64,000 bases of DNA, from the IMG/VR virus record IMGVR_UViG_3300031722_000008, positions 32,001 through 96,000 of that record; one strand, written 5' to 3'. A program made the position numbers and the translations under genes. The DNA is from a virus. The first letter of the stretch is position 1. Each line of letters opens with the position of its first letter. The notes below the pieces were generated by a model that worked only from the letters and a program-made list of their open reading frames with translations, made no database searches and was not told the DNA's origin. This document shows, piece after piece, positions 20,440-29,090 of the stretch.

Positions 20440-20514
20440 TGGTGCAAAGAGTAGGAATCAAACCCACTACACTTGATTATTAGTCAAGCGGTTTACCAAT
20501 AAGCCTATCTCCGC
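20440..20514 (-). tRNA. tRNA with AAT anticodon (nominally Ile, A34)
   Basis: CTTGA-CT-AAT-AA-TCAAG, GCGGAGA/TCTTTGC acceptor, ACCA. Variant T loop TTTGATT. Confidence 0.75.
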
Positions 20515-20589
20515 ATATTATTTTGGCTTAGCGCCAACCGATAATTATCAGTCAACACTAATTGGTAACTTGCTGGATACCAAGCCTTC

Positions 20590-20677
20590 TGGTGCAAGTC
20601 ATGGGATTTCAACCTCATAATCTCTAAGTCACGTTAATGAAGCTTCCTTAGTGTTCTATCATCGAACTAATACTTGC
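20590..20677 (-). ncRNA. tRNA-like RNA with an 18-nt anticodon loop
   Basis: GCAAGT/ACTTGC acceptor plus ACCA. CTAAG-(GAAGCTTCATTAACGTGA)-CTTAG. Confidence 0.6.
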
Positions 20678-20683
20678 ATAAAA

Positions 20684-20757
20684 TAGTGGGGCTAGATGGA
20701 ATCGAACCATCAACACCAGGCTTACGGCCTGTGCTCTACCGTTTGAGCTATAGTCCC
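20684..20757 (-). ncRNA. tRNA-like RNA with a 5-nt anticodon loop
   Basis: Canonical TAGCTCAAACGGTAGAGC and GATGG-TTCGATT-CCATC arms. CAGGC-CGTAA-GCCTG. Ends ACTA. Confidence 0.65.
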
Positions 20758-20761
20758 TATA

Positions 20762-20855
20762 ATGCAGAAATGACTGGATTCGAACCAGTAAATATCAAGA
20801 TATACAATTCTAGAAATTGCAAAGCCTCTCCTCTGACTATATCGCGTTCCCACAT
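20762..20855 (-). ncRNA. tRNA-like RNA with CTA (amber) loop and extended acceptor stem
   Basis: ACTGG-TTCGAAT-CCAGT T arm, TGCAAT-TT-CTA-GA-ATTGTA arm, about 11-bp terminal stem, no CCA. Confidence 0.5.
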
Positions 20856-20865
20856 CATGTATAAT

Positions 20866-20895
20866 AATATATCATTTCTAAAAATACTTTGTCAA
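20866..20895 (-). promoter_or_regulatory. SigmaA-type promoter of the tRNA cluster
   Basis: TTGACA-18 nt-TATATT with an extended TG, about 10 nt before the first tRNA-like unit. Confidence 0.7.
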
Positions 20896-20966
20896 TACTA
20901 TTTTTTAAAATAGTATAAATAGGGTATAAGATATTAAATAAAAAACAGAAAGAGAGAGTGATAAAC

Positions 20967-21305
20967 ATGAAAAAATTTATAGTAAACAGTTTAGCAGTAA
21001 TCGGAGGATTAACAGTAGTAGGAACAATAGCAGGAATGATGATAACAAAGAAAGCAATTAAAGGAATTAATGAAACAATGACACAAGAAGGTTTAGGAGA
21101 TTTAAGTCAAGTAATTAAAAAGGCAAGTGAAGATCATAAAATGAATGAGGAATTAAATAGACATGCAGAAAAATATGAAATTAAAATAGCAAAGAGTGAT
21201 AATGGATCAATAACGTTTATAAAAGATGGAGAAATTAGAGATGAATATGATAGTTTAGAGCAAGCATATAATTATGTAACAGAACATGAGGAAATTAATA
21301 AATAA
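20967..21305 (+). CDS. Membrane-anchored cassette protein
   Basis: Motif at 20924 with leader. FIVNSLAVIGGLTVVGTIAGMMI. Hairpin gtgggc-gaaa-gcccac downstream. Confidence 0.7.
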   Translation: MKKFIVNSLAVIGGLTVVGTIAGMMITKKAIKGINETMTQEGLGDLSQVIKKASEDHKMNEELNRHAEKYEIKIAKSDNGSITFIKDGEIRDEYDSLEQAYNYVTEHEEINK

Positions 21306-21327
21306 GAAGTGGGCGAAAGCCCACAAA

Positions 21328-22263
21328 TTATTTTCCTGCAATTTTTTCAAAACATTCTTCGATGATTTCATTTGCTTCTTTGTGATGAGGATTTTTTGTC
21401 TTTTTGAAAGAATCAGCTAACAGTTTTCCCCCTATAGCTATTGGGATTGCTCCTAATCCTACATGTCCAAGACCTTTAGCAAAATGTTTAGGGTTTTCCT
21501 TTATGAACCGACCAATACCTTTTAATGTTTGTTTCTCATAACCCTTTCCACCCTTTACATATTTTGATGCTATATCTCCTTGAATAACATCTGTTTGTGG
21601 ACCTAACTGATTAAATCCACTTCTAGCTACATTCATAGGAATTTTTTGACCCATATACATGATATTGCCATCCACTTTCTTTTGAAGAATTTTTTGAAAT
21701 TCTTTAGCATTCTTAGCTCCCATTAATTCTGGATTGTCTACTTTATGCATACCCTTATAATCCTTAACAGGAATATTAACTTTTAGTGTTTCTTGAGTTT
21801 TCTTTGCACCAAAAAGATCTGGCATAAGTCTTCCGTTATCAATTTGATCTCTTCTCATTCCTATTCCATCAGCTACACCTTTCTTTTTCGCCATATAAGT
21901 TTTACCTGCTTGTTCTTCTTTTCCTATACCTGCTGCCATAGAAGTTAGGTTATCAGGGTCCATAGCTTTATTTGATAATATTCCATGTTCTTTGATTCCA
22001 CTAACATTATCTTTCTTCGTATTGTGATATCTTCTAACTACACCATCTAGCATTCCTTCTTGCCTTGCCTTATTTATAACGTTTGCTCCGACTGCTCCAC
22101 CAACAATTCCTGCTCCACCCTTAGCAACTTTTTTATTATGTTCTTTTTCAGCATAGTCGAGATCTTTATTTGAAATTTCATCTACAGAAACTCCCCACTT
22201 TTTCGCAAGTTGTTTTTTTGTATATTCTACTGCTGTTTTTTCTATTTGATTTCTATAATTCAT
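21328..22263 (-). CDS. Tagged protein with an ADP-ribosyltransferase-like core flanked by Gly-rich helices
   Basis: MNYRNQIEKTA start, RRYHNTKKDNVSGIKEHGI...TYMA core, C-terminal KEANEIIEECFEKIA. Confidence 0.5.
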   Translation of the reverse strand: MNYRNQIEKTAVEYTKKQLAKKWGVSVDEISNKDLDYAEKEHNKKVAKGGAGIVGGAVGANVINKARQEGMLDGVVRRYHNTKKDNVSGIKEHGILSNKAMDPDNLTSMAAGIGKEEQAGKTYMAKKKGVADGIGMRRDQIDNGRLMPDLFGAKKTQETLKVNIPVKDYKGMHKVDNPELMGAKNAKEFQKILQKKVDGNIMYMGQKIPMNVARSGFNQLGPQTDVIQGDIASKYVKGGKGYEKQTLKGIGRFIKENPKHFAKGLGHVGLGAIPIAIGGKLLADSFKKTKNPHHKEANEIIEECFEKIAGK

Positions 22264-22333
22264 ATATTCTCCTCCTAATGTTTTATATTTATAGTATAAG
22301 ATATTAAACAAGATATAGAAAGAGGTGAAATTA

Positions 22334-22483
22334 ATGAAAAACAAAACAGTAGCAATAGTATTGGGATTAGGAATACTAGGAATAGTAGCATACAGAAAAA
22401 TAGAAGGAGTGATGTTTCAGAAATACTATTTAATCGCACAAGGCGAAGAAATAAGTAAATATAGAGATTCAATAAAGAAATAA
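22334..22483 (+). CDS. 49-aa single-pass membrane protein (not in the ORF track)
   Basis: MKNKTVAIVLGLGILGIVAYRK..., GAGGTG RBS, motif at 22294, terminator at 22483-22510. Confidence 0.65.
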   Translation: MKNKTVAIVLGLGILGIVAYRKIEGVMFQKYYLIAQGEEISKYRDSIKK

Positions 22484-22506
22484 AGAGTTGGGCAATGCCC
22501 AACTCT

Positions 22507-23697
22507 TTATTTCTTTTCAATTATGTCATTAACTATATCCATAGCTGTTTTTGCTAAAGCTTTTTTTGTAGATATAACACCTGCTCCATGAGTTAAGTTA
22601 TTTTTCTTACCTCTTTCAGCTTCTTCATTTTTTACAATTGTAGCTTTAGAAAGTTTATGATCTAATCCTTTTTCAGCTTCTTCTTTTCTTACACTTTCAG
22701 CTTTGCCAAGCTTATGATTTAATCCATGATGTTCTTCTTCCTTTTTCGTGATAGTAGCTTTCGCAATTGGAGAAGTTACACTTCTTGCAGCTTCTTCTTT
22801 TTTTGTGATTTCAGCTTTAGGTACTGGCGATTTCAAGCCTCTTTCTCTTTCTTCATTTAGTGTAATTGTAGCTTGAGCGATTTTTTCAAAAGTATCACTA
22901 ACTACAGTGCTTGCTTCTTTTTCAGCTAATGCTCTTCTTCTTTTCTTTTGAATTACAGCTTCTGGTGTTGTTCCAAGACTTGCTGCTAATCCTACTAATC
23001 CCATACCAGGAGCATGTTGACTTAATCCACTAGCAGCATAATTAGCAGCACCACCTAATTGTGTTTTTAAGTGCTCTTCCTTGCCTGCTTTTCCTCCGAT
23101 ATATTTTTCATGCAACTTATTAGTATCGTGAGCCCTAAATGCTGCATTTGCTCCAGCACTACCTATCCCCAATACTCCTAATTGCTTTGCACTTAACTGA
23201 CCCATATTTCCTTTACTATGAGAATGCGCCATCATTGCTATTCCAACAGGTAACATTGCTCCGAAAGTTTTAAAGCCTCTTCCGAATTCTGGAGCAATTC
23301 TATCTCTCCACATTCTAGTTTCAGTATCATCATCTCTATCTCTTGCAATTTTTTCGAATTGATCTTCGATTATATCGCTAGCCGTTTTTTGTTTTTTACT
23401 TCCAGCAGCATATCCTGCTCCAGTTGCACCTGCAAGACTTGCTGCACCTACTCCAGTAGCCACCCTTGCGTTCTTTGTCGCAGAACTTGTACTGTCAGCT
23501 TTAGCTTTAGCTTTATCAGCTATATCGCTTATTCTTTGCATGTGAGCTCCTTGATTAGATAAATTTTTGCTTCCATTTGCTGGATCAGTAAGTCTTGTTG
23601 ATGCTTTATCTAATGCTCCCTCTGCTTTATTGAGCGCTCCTTTTGCCTTTTTCAATGTCTTTCCTGTGATTAAATTTTTGTATTCGTTGAAACCCAT
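22507..23697 (-). CDS. Three-module tagged polyprotein-like protein
   Basis: Linkers QKTASDIIEDQFEKIA, EKEASTVVSDTFEKIA and KTAMDIVNDIIEKK. The last module has KATITKKEE-type repeats. Confidence 0.6.
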   Translation of the reverse strand: MGFNEYKNLITGKTLKKAKGALNKAEGALDKASTRLTDPANGSKNLSNQGAHMQRISDIADKAKAKADSTSSATKNARVATGVGAASLAGATGAGYAAGSKKQKTASDIIEDQFEKIARDRDDDTETRMWRDRIAPEFGRGFKTFGAMLPVGIAMMAHSHSKGNMGQLSAKQLGVLGIGSAGANAAFRAHDTNKLHEKYIGGKAGKEEHLKTQLGGAANYAASGLSQHAPGMGLVGLAASLGTTPEAVIQKKRRRALAEKEASTVVSDTFEKIAQATITLNEERERGLKSPVPKAEITKKEEAARSVTSPIAKATITKKEEEHHGLNHKLGKAESVRKEEAEKGLDHKLSKATIVKNEEAERGKKNNLTHGAGVISTKKALAKTAMDIVNDIIEKK

Positions 23698-23782
23698 AAT
23701 ATGATCCTCCTTTTTATTCTTTAATCTTTAATCTATTTATAGTATAAGACATTAAACAATAAAATAAAAGGGAATGATTATA

Positions 23783-23869
23783 ATGGAAAGGATGATAGCA
23801 ACGATAATGGTTTTAATAGTGGTTAGTATAGCAACAAAATATATTAAAAATAAGAAGGAGAATGATTAA
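23783..23869 (+). CDS. 28-aa membrane peptide (not in the ORF track)
   Basis: MERMIATIMVLIVVSIATKYIKNKKEND, downstream of the motif at 23742. Confidence 0.5.
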   Translation: MERMIATIMVLIVVSIATKYIKNKKEND

Positions 23870-23870
23870 G

Positions 23871-24002
23871 ATGATTAAAAGAGGAATAGTAGCAGGAATA
23901 GAAATAGGAATAGCAATAGTAGTAGCAAATTTAGTGATGGCAGGGGCATATCATATGTCAGAAAAAGCAAAAAGAAAAATAAAAGAAAATATAAAAAATT
24001 AA
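23871..24002 (+). CDS. 43-aa membrane peptide (not in the ORF track)
   Basis: MIKRGIVAGIEIGIAIVVANLVMAGAY..., AAGGAG RBS. Confidence 0.55.
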   Translation: MIKRGIVAGIEIGIAIVVANLVMAGAYHMSEKAKRKIKENIKN

Positions 24003-24067
24003 GGTGAGGGGTTAAAATCCCTCACAATATTCTCGTATAAGATATTAAAAAGAACGGAGTAGATAAT

Positions 24068-24253
24068 ATGGGATACGAAATAAATAAAAATGAATTTGAA
24101 GAATATGAAACAAAGATGAATAAATTGGAAGATATACATAATAGGTTTGATAGTAAAATTAGATTATTAACAAGAAATGGTAAATGTACAAAGACATTAG
24201 ATAAGTTAGATTACATAGAATATAAAAAAGAATTAATGATTGAAGAATTATGA
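24068..24253 (+). CDS. Small hypothetical cassette protein
   Basis: Motif at 24035 and a hairpin downstream. Confidence 0.55.
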   Translation: MGYEINKNEFEEYETKMNKLEDIHNRFDSKIRLLTRNGKCTKTLDKLDYIEYKKELMIEEL

Positions 24254-24376
24254 TTAATGGGGATAAATCCCCATTAATATTTTTTATTAGTATAAGATAT
24301 TAAATAAAAGACTTGAAGTATTTCAAGCTTTATTTCATAATATTAGTAAATGAACTAATATTATGAAGGAGTTAGA

Positions 24377-25282
24377 GTGAGAATGAAGAGAGAAAAAATA
24401 TTTCAAGCTTTTAACTGGAGGATAAGTGATATTATAGATAACTTAAGAAAAATAGCTAGTCAAGGTTTTACAATTATACAAGTAAGTCCGCTTCAAGGAA
24501 CGAAACAGTGGATTGGTCCCTGGTGGATTTATTACCAACCTACCAATTTTAGGATTGGTAATTTTTTAGGGAATGAAAATGATTTAAGAGAACTTTGCGA
24601 AAAGGCAAATGAATACGGTATTAGAATTATAGTTGATGTGGTTTTCAATCATGTCGCTAATGCAGGTGATGGCTTAAATTCATTTATCCCTCACGAAAAT
24701 GTAGATCCATCAATCAGAAACAATCCTAATTTTTTTCATGAACGAAGAGGTATAGAAAATTATAACGATAGGTGGCAAGTTACTCATTGGGGAATAAATC
24801 TACCTGATTTAAATACAAGTAATGAGGAACTTCAATTTATTATGATTAGATATCTTCATGACTTACTTGGATGTGGAGTAAAAGGATTTAGGTTCGATGC
24901 AGCTAAGCACATAGAATTGCCTGATGATTTTGATGGGTCTAATTTTTGGCCAATGATACTGTCGGGATTAAAAGGTAGGGATTTATTTGTCTATGGTGAA
25001 GTTATAATGGCAGACAAAGAAACTGTTGATAGGTATACTAAATATATAAATGTGGGAACAGATGGATATGGCAGTGATAAGAATAAATTAATATTGTGGT
25101 CGTTTAGTCATGACGAGGACTTAACATTTAATAAGTTATCTAATTTAACTAGAGATATGACTATTAATGAGTGGTCCAATTTATTGCAAGATAACAAAGA
25201 GAGCCATGTTTTATTTTATCCAAGACAATTTGATGATACTTGGACAGATAATAGAATAAGAGAAATAAATGAAAAGTATTGA
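24377..25282 (+). CDS. GH13 alpha-amylase (catalytic domain only, no signal peptide)
   Basis: QVSP, YQP, DVVFNH, LPDLN, GFRFDAAKH, YGEV and SHD conserved regions. Confidence 0.9.
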   Translation: MRMKREKIFQAFNWRISDIIDNLRKIASQGFTIIQVSPLQGTKQWIGPWWIYYQPTNFRIGNFLGNENDLRELCEKANEYGIRIIVDVVFNHVANAGDGLNSFIPHENVDPSIRNNPNFFHERRGIENYNDRWQVTHWGINLPDLNTSNEELQFIMIRYLHDLLGCGVKGFRFDAAKHIELPDDFDGSNFWPMILSGLKGRDLFVYGEVIMADKETVDRYTKYINVGTDGYGSDKNKLILWSFSHDEDLTFNKLSNLTRDMTINEWSNLLQDNKESHVLFYPRQFDDTWTDNRIREINEKY

Positions 25283-25358
25283 AAATTCAATAAGATAAGC
25301 TATAATTATAGCTTATCTTATTTTTATATACAAAATAAAAGAATGGGGGATCATCAAA

Positions 25359-26319
25359 ATGATGAATATAGTAAAAGATAGTGAAGAAATTATTAAAGAA
25401 ATACGTAACCGAATACGGGGGATAACAAATCAATTCGTTAATAAGCCGATGACTAGCGATACTTTGGCATGTATAAGTTCAAATCTTAATTCGTTTCTAA
25501 AAAGTATTATTAGTCAGGGTAGACTTGATGATGGAATAAGCGCAAAAGTTGATGGAGATAAAGATACTGCTAATATACATTTTTATTATGGCGATAAGGA
25601 ATTGTATTTAGTTGATATATCGAATTTAATTGATTTTAATCCTAATGATTATTATTATGTTGAGAATGATCAAATATATCACTATTGCCCTAATAGCATA
25701 ACATTCACACTGTCATTGGATGAAGAAAAACCAACTAAGATGATACAGATTCATGAATGTAAAAAATGCCCATATATGCAACTTAGAAGTAAACGTAGAA
25801 ATCTTGGAGTTTGTGATAACCTTGATTTAGATTTATCTCATGATGAAGAAAACTTTGAACTCAAGGATAATTATATTCCCGATTGGTGTCCACTTGAAAA
25901 TTATAAGAAAGTTGATGAGGTGAAGAATAATGAAAAATAATAACGAAGAATTTGTAAAAGAGTTAGATATAATTGTTAAAGATGTTTGGCAACAAATAAT
26001 AGATAGGCTTGCTATTGATAAGGAGATAGCAATAATAACAGATGTGAATTTCTTCATCGAAGATAAAAGAGTTAAAGAGCTCCTAACTAAATATGAATTA
26101 AAAGCAGATAAATTTGATATAAAAATGGAAACTTCAAAAAATAAATATATTGGAAACAAGTGTAAATATTATTACAATGAAATGGAAATGAAACCAGTAT
26201 GTCATTATATTCAACCTAAAGATCGTAGAGAAGTAACATTATTGCAAATGCTAAGAGAATGTGAGAAGCAAGACACTCATACTCCTGACATCAAGCACTT
26301 GGAAGAACCTGAAAAATAA
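25359..26319 (+). other. Two hypothetical genes (25359-25940, 25930-26319)
   Basis: Overlapping ORFs with RBSs. The first ends in CKKCPY...IPDWCPL. Confidence 0.6.
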
Positions 26320-26337
26320 AACATATTGGGGGAGGAA

Positions 26338-27783
26338 ATGGAGAGAAAATCTATAAAATTAAAGATAGATTCAAAGGAAGAAATAAGGGAAATGTCTATA
26401 GATGAAGTTTATGAACAATTTAAAAACTTCATCTATAAGTCCTGTCAATCATGGCTCAGACAATATGAATTTGATGATTTATGCCAAATTGCATCAATAG
26501 GATTAACAAAAGCTTATAATAAATATGACGTAAGTAAGGATATATTATTCCTAACATATGCAGCAAGAATAGTGCAAAATGAAATTCTCATGTACAATAG
26601 AAAAAATAAAGAGAATTATTTTTGTGATAGCCTTAATAGAACAATACTTGGAAAAGATGATAGTGAGGAAGAGTTACAATCTTTTATTCCTGACAGTATC
26701 AATATAGAAGATGATGTTGTTCAAAAATATCAATGTATTGAATTACAAGAAGTAATAGAGAATCTAACAGATAGAGATAAAGAGATAGTGACAGAGATTG
26801 CTTTTAATGAAAAGACACAGCTTCAATTATCGGAGAAGTTAGGCTTGTCCCAATCTTACGTATCAAGAATATATAGCAGAACATTAAAAACAATAAAGGG
26901 TAGAATGGAGAATGATGATATGCCTCACGAATTAAAAATAACAAGAGAACAATTACTCAAAGATTGCTTAGTTCTTGGCACTAGCAAAACAGCACAACAA
27001 ATAATTGCTGATACTTATGGATTCTCGAACCGATTAACTGTCGGTAATTATATTTCTAAGTTTAAAATAAAGGAGGAAATGGTAAAAATCAAAGAGAAAG
27101 AAATGAAAGATGAGGGGGAGGATATTAAAGTGAGAAAAGAAGATGCAAAAATAACAAGAGAGCAATTACTCAAGGAATGCATGGCTGTCGGAACCAGTTG
27201 GTCATCAGCTAAAAAAATAGCTGATAAATACGGATTGGCTCACGCAACCATAGGTAATTATATCAATAGAATGAAAATCAGAGAAGAAATTGATAAGATG
27301 GATAATAATAAAAAACCTGAAGAAATTGATAAGATGGATAATAATAAAAAACCTGAAGAAAATAATGTAGTTGAGAATCCTATTCTTGATAATAGGATTT
27401 CTAAAGAGATTGTTAGTGATAATATAAAGCTTTCAAAAACAATAAATAGAAATCCTGCGCTATCAAAGGACAATATTGTTATGAGAGACTATAAACCTAA
27501 AACATGGGATGAATACGCGAAAGACCATGATGGCGATGTTCCTAGACAAAAGATTCTGGAGAATAGATCAAAATTAAGATCTATTCTCCGAGGTAATATT
27601 GGTGAATATGATATTACAGGTGAATTGATAGCAGCAAAAATTAATGGTTCTAGTATAATTATAGATGAATCAGAGATACCAGAACTAATCGAAGAACTTC
27701 AAGAATTAATGAAAGCAATGAAAGGTATGGCTTATGTGAACTATCTAAAGAATGATACAGAAAGGAAAGTAAGTAATGATTAG
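26338..27783 (+). CDS. Sigma-70 family (sporulation-sigma-like) factor with a long C-terminal extension
   Basis: DDLCQIASIGLTKAYNKYD...FLTYAARIVQNEILMY (region 2) and TQLQLSEKLGLSQSYVSRI (region 4.2), then two KITREQLLK-C repeats. Confidence 0.85.
   Translation: MERKSIKLKIDSKEEIREMSIDEVYEQFKNFIYKSCQSWLRQYEFDDLCQIASIGLTKAYNKYDVSKDILFLTYAARIVQNEILMYNRKNKENYFCDSLNRTILGKDDSEEELQSFIPDSINIEDDVVQKYQCIELQEVIENLTDRDKEIVTEIAFNEKTQLQLSEKLGLSQSYVSRIYSRTLKTIKGRMENDDMPHELKITREQLLKDCLVLGTSKTAQQIIADTYGFSNRLTVGNYISKFKIKEEMVKIKEKEMKDEGEDIKVRKEDAKITREQLLKECMAVGTSWSSAKKIADKYGLAHATIGNYINRMKIREEIDKMDNNKKPEEIDKMDNNKKPEENNVVENPILDNRISKEIVSDNIKLSKTINRNPALSKDNIVMRDYKPKTWDEYAKDHDGDVPRQKILENRSKLRSILRGNIGEYDITGELIAAKINGSSIIIDESEIPELIEELQELMKAMKGMAYVNYLKNDTERKVSND
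27283..27354 (+). repeat. Exact 36-bp in-frame tandem duplication
   Basis: (gaagaaattgataagatggataataataaaaaacct)x2 = EEIDKMDNNKKP x2. Confidence 0.9.
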
Positions 27784-29061
27784 AAATAAATATGAGAGTG
27801 ATTATGAAATAAAAAGACTTGGATTAAATAGAATGCTAGAGGGAATATTTACAAAAGATTCAAAGACAGAAGACCTTGAAAAGTTCTTAGATGATAATGT
27901 TTTTGAATATTACAATATAAGAGATAAATCAGTATCATCCGGTAAATTCCTATATAAGCTTACTAGAGAAGAAATTCTAGAAGCAAGTAAGAATTACACC
28001 AAGTTTGCAGTTTATGAAAGCCTAGCGTTGGCAGACGATAGATTAGTGCTGCAAGGAGATATAGAAATAGATAAGGATTTTGTTATGAGGGCATCGCTTA
28101 GTGATATAAAGAATATGTCCAATAGACTGGCGATGCAAGAGCCAGTCTATCATATTTATAATCATGATTTGAGAGAGCGAAAAGAACCATCGATATATGG
28201 TCTATCAAAAGTTATAGATTATATAGCCAGTAAAGAATTAATTGGAATGGTGGTAGAGTTTTCCCTATTTGAGATACCAGTTGGAATAAATAGGGAACAT
28301 TTGATAATATGGGAATTAAGAAATTATTAGGAGGAAACAGATGAAAGAAATTATAAGAATAAAAAGAAGTACGTTCGAAACACGAAGTAAATTCTTAACT
28401 TTGGTTGCTATAGATTCGAACACATTTATATATAAGAAAAGATTTAAATACAAAATTAAAACCTTTTTAAAGGTAATAGGTATGATATTATGGATACCTA
28501 TTAATATACCTTACTCATTAGTAGTGGCAATACTGTTTACTTTGGCTGAATGGTGGGTAGATATGATTGATAGTTTCAGAGGTAATGACATTAAAGAATG
28601 GTGTCAAGATATCAAGTCAGAATTTAAGTCTATTCAAGATTGTATTTTTGAGATTGAAGATTAGGAGGAATAAATGGATTGCAATGTTAGCTGTAAATGT
28701 AAAGAATGTGGAAAATTAATGGAATTTGATACCACAAATGAGGCGTTCAATCTACGGATATTGATGAAAGCTTTAGAAGGAATAGGGCATAAATGTATGC
28801 AATGTGCATTGAGAGATTTAAGCATAGAGGCGCAGGAATCAATATAATAAAAGAAATCTAGATGGGGGTAATGGTATGAGAATAATTGTAGGTATGATAA
28901 CAGGGTTAGGAGTAACAGCAGGAATAGTATCAGAGAGAGAAGATGTAAAATTAATAAATAAAGTACAGAAGATAGAGCCAATAAGTGAATCTCAAAGAAC
29001 AGCATATGATGATAAGTTTCAGAGATTATTAGATAGAAGCAAGAGAAATGTAGGGTTGTAA
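27776..29061 (+). other. Hypothetical genes (27776-28330, 28341-28664 membrane protein, a small Cys-rich ORF from about 28674, 28876-29061)
   Basis: Coupled ORFs with GGAGG RBSs. Terminator at 29061-29091. Confidence 0.55.
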
Positions 29062-29090
29062 AAATAGAGGTGGCTTAGCCACCTCTATTT

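Noticed and set aside
20762-20855. tRNA-Pyl or genome-wide TAG recoding
   Set aside because: It has a variable arm and a standard T loop, unlike tRNA-Pyl, and no pyl genes are seen. TAG-ending genes (e.g. 3163, 28330) are followed directly by the next RBS and gene, and long ORFs are intact in code 11.
18497-20913. ORFs called across the tRNA cluster (18711-18998, 19000-19224, 20012-20197, 20257-20454, 20674-20913)
   Set aside because: They are translations of tRNA sequences.
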